From contig CAXXGJ010000006.1 of assembly GCA_963677895.2 (NCBI GenBank), positions 32,001 through 96,000 of the forward strand: a stretch of 64,000 nucleotides of DNA, read 5' to 3'. The translations under genes and the position numbers were made by a program. The notes below the pieces were generated by a model. That model made no database searches and was not told where the DNA came from. It was given only the letters and a program-made list of their open reading frames with translations. Every line of letters starts with the position of its first letter. Within the stretch, counting starts at the first letter, position 1. Below, piece after piece: positions 51,933 to 60,646 of the stretch. Origin of the DNA: Treponemataceae bacterium (GTDB lineage: Bacteria; Spirochaetota; Spirochaetia; Treponematales; Rectinemataceae).

Positions 51933-52667
51933 TTATTTATTAAAAAACTTCTGGGCTTCTAAGTAGCTATCTAGGGAACCAATATCGTGCCGTTTGCCGG
52001 CGAATCTGTAAGCATAGATCGGTTTTCTTTTTATAAGCCATCCTACGAACTGGCCAGGAGCGTCAGAGTTGTTGCCTTCTTCTACGTAGGTATGGATCAG
52101 GTGGAGGGTCTCCTTTTTATAAATGTAGAATGGAGGAACTGCATAATCGGATTTAGGTGCTTTCGGTTTTTCCTCGAAGGAAAGGACTTTACCTTGGTCG
52201 TCAATCTCCGCTACACCCGTCTTTTGGAGCGATTCAATTCGCTCTTCCTTGTGGGTAGTGATGCAATCGGCTTGTACTAAATTAAAAAATGCAGCGAAGT
52301 CGGCCAGAGAGAAATCGAAGAGGTTGTCGCCCGCGAGCACCATGAGATCTTCGTCTATCGCATTTTGGTGGATAGCTAGGGACATGTCGCCAATGGCACC
52401 GAGACGGGTTTCGTTATCACAGGTGCCGTCGTTGATTATAGAGATCCTGCTATCCTGTCCAATTTCTTTTATATATTCCGAAAACTGCTCAGAAAAGCGG
52501 GCATTCGATACCAGAATAGTCTCGTTGATCTCCTTAACCTTGTCGATCTTTTCCAACAGACGCTCAAGAATGGTCTTCCCTCCTACAGGAAGGAGGCTTT
52601 TAGGTTTATCCTTGGTGAGGGGATAGAGCCTGGTGGCATAACCAGCGACAAGAATCACGCATTTCAT
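51933..52667 (-). CDS. Sugar-1-phosphate nucleotidyltransferase
   Basis: LVAGYATRLYPL...PKSLLPV, AGDNLF, FEEKP, HDIGS. Confidence 0.87.
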   Translation of the reverse strand: MKCVILVAGYATRLYPLTKDKPKSLLPVGGKTILERLLEKIDKVKEINETILVSNARFSEQFSEYIKEIGQDSRISIINDGTCDNETRLGAIGDMSLAIHQNAIDEDLMVLAGDNLFDFSLADFAAFFNLVQADCITTHKEERIESLQKTGVAEIDDQGKVLSFEEKPKAPKSDYAVPPFYIYKKETLHLIHTYVEEGNNSDAPGQFVGWLIKRKPIYAYRFAGKRHDIGSLDSYLEAQKFFNK

Positions 52668-52671
52668 CGCT

Positions 52672-53871
52672 TCAATCCTTCACACCGCATTTTGTCATAT
52701 AAGAAGCCCCATCCGCTGTCTTGCAGAAATATACTTTGTACTTGTCAGCATATTGAGGATGTTTTACTGGATAGACTTCTGCAATTCGTCCTTCAACTTC
52801 TGCATGGCTGGTAGGATCGACCATCCCAATACAGCAGCCCCTGTACCCCGCCCCGCTGAAACGGGCTCCGTAGACACCAGGGATATTCTTTAAAGTATTG
52901 AAAATCGTAATGAGTTCTGGAGATCCGCATTGATAGTCGTGCACCGAACTCTCGCCGGATTCCACCATCAGCTTTCCAAAAGTCTTGATATCGCCCTGTT
53001 TCCAGGCTTCAGTACCATCGATCACGCGTTGATTCTCGGTGAAATAGTGCTTCGCTCTTCGTCCAAATCGTCCTGGGAGAGAATTTCTATGCGCCATCCA
53101 TTCATCATGTGTCACGCTGTGGAGCACGATATCCTTGTAAGGTGTCGTTGCTCCTCGGGACAACTCCTGCAACAGCGACGCCGCGATTTTGCACTCGTCC
53201 ACCCGGTTGTTGTAGTCGGTACCGATGAGGGCTTTCGTAAAGCCAGAGTTGACGATGACCACCTCGAACTCAGGCATGGAGGGACTCTTGGGAATAAGCT
53301 CCCACTCGCTTGTGGCGCAGTCCATTCTCATCAAATAGCCATCTTTGCTAAGAATATTGGCCGACTGGTCTAAAATGCCATTCTTTAACCCGATGAAGGC
53401 TGTCTCCACCCAGTGGCTGTATTGGATAAGCTTTTCTTTGGGAATTTCGATGCCGTTGACATCGGCCAACGCCATCAAATAGGCTGTAGTGACCGCCGCG
53501 GAGGAACTCAATCCCCCCATGGGAAGACGACCGCGTATCACCGCCTTCAAACCCTTCCTGAGCTTGAAATCCCGTGAAAGCGAGAGCACGGAACCCCTGA
53601 TATAGTTGCCCCAGAACCCCGGAAGCATTTCCGGTACCTGATCGATATGGAAGTATTCCTCGTCCGGGAAATCCATGCTCTGGATTTTCACGAAACCCGC
53701 GTCGTCGGGCGCGTAGAGCAGATCCACGTTCACGTCCAGAGCCATGCCTGTTACCAGTCCGCCCTGGTGATCTATATGCGCCCCAAGGGGACAAATCCTC
53801 AAAGGGGAACGAATCTGGCCGCAATGAGGAATACCGAAGATGTCGACGAACTGGCGTGCGATCGTATCCAT
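52672..53871 (-). CDS. GHMP sugar kinase, galacturonokinase-like
   Basis: SPLRICPLGAHIDHQGG, GGLSSSAA, GLKNGILDQSA, YNNRVDEC, YGARFSGAGYRGCC. Confidence 0.8.
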   Translation of the reverse strand: MDTIARQFVDIFGIPHCGQIRSPLRICPLGAHIDHQGGLVTGMALDVNVDLLYAPDDAGFVKIQSMDFPDEEYFHIDQVPEMLPGFWGNYIRGSVLSLSRDFKLRKGLKAVIRGRLPMGGLSSSAAVTTAYLMALADVNGIEIPKEKLIQYSHWVETAFIGLKNGILDQSANILSKDGYLMRMDCATSEWELIPKSPSMPEFEVVIVNSGFTKALIGTDYNNRVDECKIAASLLQELSRGATTPYKDIVLHSVTHDEWMAHRNSLPGRFGRRAKHYFTENQRVIDGTEAWKQGDIKTFGKLMVESGESSVHDYQCGSPELITIFNTLKNIPGVYGARFSGAGYRGCCIGMVDPTSHAEVEGRIAEVYPVKHPQYADKYKVYFCKTADGASYMTKCGVKD

Positions 53872-53894
53872 ATAATCCTGTTATCCCCTATGTT

Positions 53895-54995
53895 TTAAGT
53901 CAATATCTCCACGGTTCCCAAAGAACTTAGTTTATAAAACCTCAACTTTCGAAGCCGTTCCTCCTCCGTGCAGAAGTGATACATCTCATGCTTCGACAAC
54001 AAGGTATACATTAACTCAAGCATGTGCCGGGCGACAGCCACAATCGCAATGCGCTTTCCTCGACGCTCGGCAATTCGATCGTATACAGCTCTGAAATGTA
54101 CTCCCATTGGAGAGCGGACCGCCGCCCATGCCGCCTGCACTAGAGCCCGCCTCAATGCTGGGCTTCCCTGTTTCGTAATATGCCCCATGTGGTGAATGGA
54201 GGTTCCAGAAAGCTCTACCCGAGGCACCATTCCCACGTAGTAGCTAACCTGGGCAGGATTCTCAAAACGGTCCTCCGTCCCTACAAATCCTAAGTAGGCG
54301 AGCGCCACTGTAGGCCCCACCCCGGGAATTGACAGGAGGATTTCTGCCTCCTTTTCCCGCTTCAGCAGGGCTTGGCGTACCTGTTCCTTGACGAGCACTC
54401 TCTGCGATTCTATCGCCGCGAGAATGACGCAGTATTGCTCGGCCAGCATGCGATAGATTCCCGTCATGCGCCCAAGGATCGCCATTCGCCCTTTCTCCGT
54501 TGCCAGATCCTTCTTGGTGATCTCCGTCATGCCATGCTCGACGCATGCCGCATGAAACCGATTTATGATCCCTGTTCGCTCCCGGTTGAGAAAGATCTGG
54601 TGGTTCGCAAGCCTCCGCGCCTCTTCATCTTCTTGGCTCGGCAGGTTTACCTCAGGCAGACATTCTTCTGCGGTTCCTTGCAGCACCCGGGCAAGCTTGA
54701 GCGCGTCTTCTTTATCCGTCTTCCTCATGGAGCTGTAGATGACCGCCAGTTTTGCTGAATGCAAAACCTTCACCCGCACTCCGTCGACCTGCGCAAGCCT
54801 TCGTGCAAGGGTGAACGACAGCGCCCCTGCCTCAAGCGCCACCACGTCCCCCGCTTCGAGTTTCCCCGCAAGCTCATCTCTTCCCTCTGCGTCCGTCGTC
54901 CCTCTCCAGCGAATGATCTTTTCCCCGGCATGCAGTACACAGGCTTCGTAGTGACGTTTGCCGAGGTCGATTCCTATGAATCGCCGTGCTTCCAT
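53895..54995 (-). CDS. IS110 DEDD recombinase/transposase
   Basis: FIGIDLGK, ALEA, KTDKEDA (DEDD), SIPGVGP, GMVPRVELSG (catalytic Ser motif), ITKQGS. Confidence 0.93.
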   Translation of the reverse strand: MEARRFIGIDLGKRHYEACVLHAGEKIIRWRGTTDAEGRDELAGKLEAGDVVALEAGALSFTLARRLAQVDGVRVKVLHSAKLAVIYSSMRKTDKEDALKLARVLQGTAEECLPEVNLPSQEDEEARRLANHQIFLNRERTGIINRFHAACVEHGMTEITKKDLATEKGRMAILGRMTGIYRMLAEQYCVILAAIESQRVLVKEQVRQALLKREKEAEILLSIPGVGPTVALAYLGFVGTEDRFENPAQVSYYVGMVPRVELSGTSIHHMGHITKQGSPALRRALVQAAWAAVRSPMGVHFRAVYDRIAERRGKRIAIVAVARHMLELMYTLLSKHEMYHFCTEEERLRKLRFYKLSSLGTVEILT

Positions 54996-55020
54996 ACGTC
55001 CCTCCTCACCTCAATGAAAA

Positions 55021-55212
55021 GGGAACCGGGAGACTTGTGATTCGCCCACAAGTACGCGAAATCTCCTATTCGCGGTCACACTAGGCTTTCGTCAATGCGC
55101 CGCACTGCAGATGTTCGATGGCCGGTTTAGGTGATACTTGTCGTCAAGGTCTCCTCTTTTGGCCCTTAGGGGTGGTGCCTTGCGGATAACAGACTACCTG
55201 CCACCGGCTCCC
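55021..55212 (-). ncRNA. Predicted IS110 bridge/seek RNA
   Basis: Structured region upstream of the recombinase; an internal loop carries GACAAGUA and CUGUUAUCC, matching the two insertion flanks. Confidence 0.72.
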
Positions 55213-55269
55213 GAGTCCCGTCGAACTCAGAATACTACGGGCGCTTCACACTTTAAACATAGCTACTTG

Positions 55270-56325
55270 TCAAAATTGCTTAGAATGTGTAGCAAACCAA
55301 TCAGCAAAGCGCTTTAAACCTTCGGCAATGCTTGTGTGGGGTTTCCACTGCACCGTGCTTTCAAGATCGTCGATCTCGGCTTCCGTGGCGTACACATCGC
55401 CCGGCTGCATCGGAAGGTACTTCTTTATGGCCACCTTTCCGATCGCCTTTTCCAGCTCTTCGATGAAGACCGAAAGCCGCTCCGAATGATTGTTGCCGAT
55501 ATTGAAGACCCTGTAGGGCGCCCTCGACCGGGAAGGATCGGGATTCGCAGGATCCCAGGTTTTATCGCCCTGGGGGATTTTATCGGCTATGCGGAGAATA
55601 CCCTCGACGATGTCGTCGACATAGGTAAAATCCCTCCACATATCCCCATTGTTATAGATATCGATCGAGCGGCCCTCGACGATAGCCTTCGCGAATTTGA
55701 AATAAGCCATATCAGGGCGGCCCCAGGGACCATAGACCGTAAAAAACCGCAGACCCGTCGTCGGCAAGCCGTAGAGATGGCTGTAGCTATGAGCCATGAG
55801 CTCGTTCGATTTCTTGGTAGCGGCATAGAGGCTCACCGGATGATCGGTATGATCTTTCGTGCTAAAAGGTCTCGTGTCGTTGAGGCCATAGACCGAGGAA
55901 CTCGAGGCGTAGACAAGATGGGAAACCTTCGCGTGCCTGCAAGCCTCGAGCATATTCAGGAATCCAACGATGTTCGAATCGATGTACTCGCGGGGATGAT
56001 CGATGCTGTACCGAACCCCCGCCTGAGCGGCGAGATTAATGACCCTGTCGAAGGCAAATTCCTTGAAGAGCGACTCGATCGCGGCCTGGTCCTCAAGCTT
56101 CATCCGGATAAAACGCATGTTTGGGTAAGCGGCGCTGTGTACGGCCTTTCCCCAGACTTCCGCTTCCCGATCGATCCCCAACTCCGCGAGACGCGCGAAC
56201 TTGAGCTCCGGGTCATAGTAGCTATTGATGGAGTCGATCCCGACGACGGAATCCCCGCGTTCCAAAAGCCTCTTCGTCGTATGAAAGCCAATAAATCCGG
56301 CCGCGCCGGTCAACAATATTCGCAT
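55270..56325 (-). CDS. UDP-glucuronate 4-epimerase (Uge/CapI-like)
   Basis: GAAGFIG, NLAAQAGVRYS, ASSSSVYG, YAATKK, TVYGPWGRPDMA, MQPGDV. Confidence 0.92.
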   Translation of the reverse strand: MRILLTGAAGFIGFHTTKRLLERGDSVVGIDSINSYYDPELKFARLAELGIDREAEVWGKAVHSAAYPNMRFIRMKLEDQAAIESLFKEFAFDRVINLAAQAGVRYSIDHPREYIDSNIVGFLNMLEACRHAKVSHLVYASSSSVYGLNDTRPFSTKDHTDHPVSLYAATKKSNELMAHSYSHLYGLPTTGLRFFTVYGPWGRPDMAYFKFAKAIVEGRSIDIYNNGDMWRDFTYVDDIVEGILRIADKIPQGDKTWDPANPDPSRSRAPYRVFNIGNNHSERLSVFIEELEKAIGKVAIKKYLPMQPGDVYATEAEIDDLESTVQWKPHTSIAEGLKRFADWFATHSKQF

Positions 56326-56328
56326 TCG

Positions 56329-57672
56329 CTATCTCCCGACACCGATGTAGGCAAACCCCAAAGCTTCGGCCTGAGCGCGGTCGTAAATATTTCTGAAATC
56401 GAAAAGCATAGGTGTCTTCAGAAGGCGCTTTACCTTGGCAAGGTCCAGGTTCCGGAACTGGTTCCACTCTGTAAGGATGACGAGAGCGTCGGCGTCCTTC
56501 ATCGTGTCGTACTCTCCCGCGCAGTAGGTGACATGATCATCGATAGCTTGAAGCCTCCATGAAGCCTCTTTCATCGCCTCCGGATCGTAGGCTTTGATTT
56601 TCGCACCGCCTGATACCAGCGCGGCGAGGATCGCGAGGGCCGGGGCTTCGCGCATGTCGTCCGTGTTGGGCTTGAAAGCAAGACCAAGGACAGCCAGCTT
56701 TTTGCCTTCAAGGCTGCCGAGGGTCGCCTCGATCTTGTCCACCATACGCAGCTTTTGGGCTTCGTTCGCCAGGATCGTCGCTTCCACTACTTTCAGAGGG
56801 CTATCATTCTTTCGCGCTATATCGGCGAGCGCCTTCGTGTCCTTGGGGAAACAGGAGCCACCATAGCCAGGACCCGGATGGAGGAATTTAGCCCCAATGC
56901 GGCCATCCTTCCCCATCGCCGTGGCGACTGCCTTGACGTCGGCCCCCACCTTCTCGCAGAGATTTGCTATCTCGTTGATGAAGGTTATCTTGACCGCCAA
57001 AAAAGCGTTGGAAGCGTACTTGATCATCTCGGCCGACTCGAGGTTGGTCTCAATGAAGGGCGTCTCGTTGAGATACAGCACCCGGTAGATCGCGCGCATC
57101 GCCTCGCGAGCCTTGTCCGACTCTATGCCGAGCACGACCCTATCAGGATGCATGAAGTCGTAGACAGCCGAGCCTTCGCGAAGGAACTCGGGGTTGGAGA
57201 CAACATCGAACTCATGCGAGAGGGCGCTGGTAGGGCTTTTGCTGGCGCGAGCGGCCAGCTCTTCGGCAATCCATTTTTTGACGAGCCTGCCGGTGCCGAT
57301 AGGCACCGTGCTCTTGTCTACCACTACGCGGTAACTGTTTATCGTGCGGCCGATAGTCCGAGCGGCTTCTTCAACATAGCGAAGATCGGCCGAACCATCG
57401 TCCGAGGGGGGCGTTCCCACCGCTATAAATATCACTTCCGCCGCTTGGATGGCCGGGAATGCGTCGTTGGTGAAGAAAAGGCGTTCTGCGGCCACGTTCC
57501 GCGCCACCACATCGGAGAGCCCCGGCTCGAAGATGGGGATTTGTCCCGCTCGAAGGCCTTCGATTTTTTTCTCGTCGACGTCGACGCAGGTTACCGTGTT
57601 GCCGAAATCGGCCAGGCAGGCGCCCGACACGAGACCGACGTAGCCGGTACCGATCACCGCGATTGATGCCAT
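56329..57672 (-). CDS. ugd: UDP-glucose 6-dehydrogenase
   Basis: GTGYVGL, KSTVP, SNPEFLREG, GYGGSCFPKD, FKPNTDDMRE. Confidence 0.93.
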   Translation of the reverse strand: MASIAVIGTGYVGLVSGACLADFGNTVTCVDVDEKKIEGLRAGQIPIFEPGLSDVVARNVAAERLFFTNDAFPAIQAAEVIFIAVGTPPSDDGSADLRYVEEAARTIGRTINSYRVVVDKSTVPIGTGRLVKKWIAEELAARASKSPTSALSHEFDVVSNPEFLREGSAVYDFMHPDRVVLGIESDKAREAMRAIYRVLYLNETPFIETNLESAEMIKYASNAFLAVKITFINEIANLCEKVGADVKAVATAMGKDGRIGAKFLHPGPGYGGSCFPKDTKALADIARKNDSPLKVVEATILANEAQKLRMVDKIEATLGSLEGKKLAVLGLAFKPNTDDMREAPALAILAALVSGGAKIKAYDPEAMKEASWRLQAIDDHVTYCAGEYDTMKDADALVILTEWNQFRNLDLAKVKRLLKTPMLFDFRNIYDRAQAEALGFAYIGVGR

Positions 57673-58454
57673 ATAACTTCCAATTATGAGTATTTAATTA
57701 TAGAATTATTTATTACGATGTGACTCGAGAACTGCACAGCTTCGCCCTCCAGCCTCCTGTGGCTGGATCCTCCTAAAGCAGAGGAATTGTCGCCGCCGCG
57801 TATCGATCGCGGCCGAAACACGCTGATCGTTCGCTACGGTTCTTTGGGCATTCTTGGAACATTTGAAAAGTGGAATTGGAGGAATAGCATTTCATTGGAG
57901 ATGGTTAATCTCCAAAAAGCTTACAAAACCCAACCCTCAACATAGCTAATCATTTTTGTAAAGCATTTTTTGCTATTCCGGGGCTTCCGCTTCGGCAATG
58001 TTCAATCTTTGAACATTCTATGAACAGTATCGGCAGGACGCAAGGGCTGGCACAAAAATTTTTTATGTTTCTTGGGTTAAAAAGAGTTGAAGGATTGGCG
58101 GGATGTTTTTAAAGGGGATCGACTTCAACAACAGATCACGAGACTTTCTGGAATACTTCAAGCTTTTTATCGAGAGCGATCGGCTCGGGAAGCGGACAAT
58201 ATCGCTTTCTGTACTCAGCTACCGTCATCCATTCCTTGCCCACTCGGATGTGCCACTCCCTATCATCTGTCGGGACATGGTAATGTACTATGACGGCGAT
58301 AAGCGTTATCAGAAAACCGAGAATCGATAACCATTGAAGGATCATGATCATGATTCCACCTCTTTCATGAAAGAGGATACCGCCAGAAGAGCTTTATAGT
58401 TGCTGTGAATATTCGATTTATTCCCATGATAATGAACACTAGTGTATAGTATCG

Positions 58455-59096
58455 ATGATGAAATTCAGTAAAATCGTGCAAACCTTCGGGGATAGAGCCT
58501 GGTTTGACTTCGAGATGGTCCATCTTCTCTCGGGCGAGGCCTCAGCCTGCGTGCATACAGAGCTGTACCGATGGCGGGAATCGGGCAAACTGATCGAGCT
58601 TAGGCGAGGCTTGTTCGCGCTGGCCGAGCCTTGGAGACATTCGCCCGTCGATGGCGCCTGCCTGGCCGAAGCCTTGTATCCGCCCTCCTCTCTTTCGGGA
58701 GCCTGGGCCTTGCGGCGCTATGGGCTGCTTCCTAGTTGCGTCGTGGGTGGGGCTGAGGGCTGCGCGCGCCCGGAGTTCGACTTGGTGACGGCGCGCCCCG
58801 CTAAGATCTTCGAGAACCCCTTTGGCCGCTATTCCTACACCACCTTTCCCCGCGACCTGCTTTTCGGCACGAAGACCGAGATGATTGGCGGGAACAGGGT
58901 GCGGATGGCCCTTCCCGAGAAGGCGCTTCTGGACTACTGGTTCATCGAGGGCGGGGAATGGGACGAGGAGCGGATCGAGAACGCGGGCTTGAGAAGAGAG
59001 CCGCTGGATATGGAGAGGCTGGAGGCGCTTGCGGCGCGCGCGGGCCGGCCACGGCTCGCGCGCGCCACCGGAGCCTACCTGAGGGCAGCCCTATGA
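58455..59096 (+). CDS. AbiEi-like type IV antitoxin
   Basis: RWRESGKLIELRRGLF, YPPSSLSGAWALRRYGLLP, FENPFGRYSY, ALPEKALLD. Confidence 0.75.
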   Translation: MMKFSKIVQTFGDRAWFDFEMVHLLSGEASACVHTELYRWRESGKLIELRRGLFALAEPWRHSPVDGACLAEALYPPSSLSGAWALRRYGLLPSCVVGGAEGCARPEFDLVTARPAKIFENPFGRYSYTTFPRDLLFGTKTEMIGGNRVRMALPEKALLDYWFIEGGEWDEERIENAGLRREPLDMERLEALAARAGRPRLARATGAYLRAAL

Positions 59097-59575
59097 TGCG
59101 GGAAGAAATCCTCGAGATAGCCGACATGGCCGAAACGCCTGAAGAGAAGCTTTGCGCGACACGAGCATGCATCCAGGCCGCGGCGCTTCGCTCGCTGCAC
59201 GAGCTGGGAGCCTTCGAAAAACTCTGCCTGACCGGAGAAAGCGCCCGCCATTTCGCCTCCGGAACGCCAGAATACATGACCGACCTCGAATTCGGGCTTG
59301 TGGACAAGAAGGGGTACAAACCCGAACAGTGGCTCTTCGCGGTCAAACGCCGGCTGCGTTTCATGGGACTGGACGCACGCATCGCCTTCGCGCGAAAAAC
59401 ATCCGTCCACTCAGGCTGGGTAAAGGTGACCGGCCTCCTCGCCGAGGAAGTCGGCTTCAGGATCGTCATAGATATCGCGCCAGTCGAGCCCGCGACCTGC
59501 AAGGTGAAACTAGTGGACATGGCGGGAGAGTGCTTCGGTATTCGGTATAGTAGCGATTTGGCGAGAGTATTATGA
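59093..59575 (+). CDS. Short, degenerate AbiEii-like protein (possible pseudotoxin)
   Basis: ATGA overlap with the antitoxin; IQAAALRSLHE...LCLTGESARHF...MTDLEFGL is a degenerate version of the GGTA/SEDLDF motifs; only 160 aa. Confidence 0.55.
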   Translation: MMREEILEIADMAETPEEKLCATRACIQAAALRSLHELGAFEKLCLTGESARHFASGTPEYMTDLEFGLVDKKGYKPEQWLFAVKRRLRFMGLDARIAFARKTSVHSGWVKVTGLLAEEVGFRIVIDIAPVEPATCKVKLVDMAGECFGIRYSSDLARVL

Positions 59576-59665
59576 TGAAGACTCTTGGGTAGCTAAAATT
59601 TTAGGCACGAATCAACATGTTTCATAGGTTGTCTGCATCAGGAAATACACTAGTCCCCACTATGA

Positions 59666-60646
59666 TCAACGTCTCACATGAATTTTGTATTGGAAACGCG
59701 TCGTGTTATTCGGATTCCGTATACTATCGATAATGACGACAATGACAATGACTAGTCCCGTGAGCACACGTTTCACCGGTTCAGATGCGCCCAACTGTGA
59801 TAGACCTGTCTCTAAGGCTACCATGATAATTGTTCCCAGGAAGCTTGACCATACATTCCCTTCCCCTCCCCTCAGACTGGTCCCACCCACAGCCACGGCA
59901 GCGATCACGTAAAGCTCAAGGCTTCCCCCAGTATTCGGGTCAACCGCCTCCATGCGCGCGCTTTCAAAGATCGCGGCTATTGCCACCAGCATCCCCGATA
60001 GGGCGAAGGTTGCTACCTTAATTTTCCCTGTAAAAACCCCCGAAAGATACATCGCTTCCTCGTTCGTTCCGATTCCGACTACATATCGGCCAAAAACCGT
60101 CGATCTGAGAATGTACTCGAAGAGGATTATCATCATGAGGGTGATAATGAAAGCAAGCGATACGCTGTTCAATACGATCGTGTTCAAGACTGAAAGTACT
60201 GATCCGAGATAAATGGTCCGGGAGCCGGAAAAAAGGTATGACATTCCCCTATATATCTCCATAGTGCCTAAAGTCACGATAAAAGGAGATGCGCGCCACT
60301 TGACAATGACAAGACCGTTTATCATTCCCAACACTATACCAAGCGCGATGGTAATAACGATGGCGATAGGCGTGGCCATGCCAAAATTGGTTATGGCCAC
60401 GGCAAGTGTGATCGAACAACATGCCATAATTGAGCCGACAGACAGATCGATGCAACCGACTAAGATCACGAAGGTCATTCCTGTCGCGACGATTGCGTTA
60501 CTCGCCACTTGATTGAGGATCGTGCTAAATGTCTGGATCGAACGATAAGGATTCTTTCCGGAACCTAGAAGCGACATAATGAGAAGTATCCCGATGGGAA
60601 AAAGCAGGAATTTAATATAGCTCATGTAAGTCTTTTTAATGTTCAT
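59666..60646 (-). CDS. Monosaccharide ABC permease (RbsC-like)
   Basis: GMTFVILVGCIDLSVGS, PFIVTLGT, GTNEEAMYLSG (EAA loop), IAAVAVGGTSLRGGEG. Confidence 0.9.
   Translation of the reverse strand: MNIKKTYMSYIKFLLFPIGILLIMSLLGSGKNPYRSIQTFSTILNQVASNAIVATGMTFVILVGCIDLSVGSIMACCSITLAVAITNFGMATPIAIVITIALGIVLGMINGLVIVKWRASPFIVTLGTMEIYRGMSYLFSGSRTIYLGSVLSVLNTIVLNSVSLAFIITLMMIILFEYILRSTVFGRYVVGIGTNEEAMYLSGVFTGKIKVATFALSGMLVAIAAIFESARMEAVDPNTGGSLELYVIAAVAVGGTSLRGGEGNVWSSFLGTIIMVALETGLSQLGASEPVKRVLTGLVIVIVVIIDSIRNPNNTTRFQYKIHVRR

Larger units (their letters stand above)
53882..55265 (-). mobile_element. IS110-family element with subterminal IRs and a TA core at both junctions
   Basis: STIRs ctatgttttaagt (53888-53900) / actttaaacatag (55250-55262); transposase plus about 270-nt non-coding end; inserted between uge and the kinase. 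Confidence 0.85.

Noticed and set aside
57573..57586. Perfect palindrome cgtcgacgtcgacg
   Set aside because: Explained by codons for the conserved CVDVDE motif of Ugd.
55336..57666. 408-aa and 303-aa plus-strand ORFs
   Set aside because: Shadows of uge and ugd.
58087..58351. Short ORFs upstream of the second AbiE-like pair
   Set aside because: Under 80 aa, overlapping on both strands, no recognisable motif.
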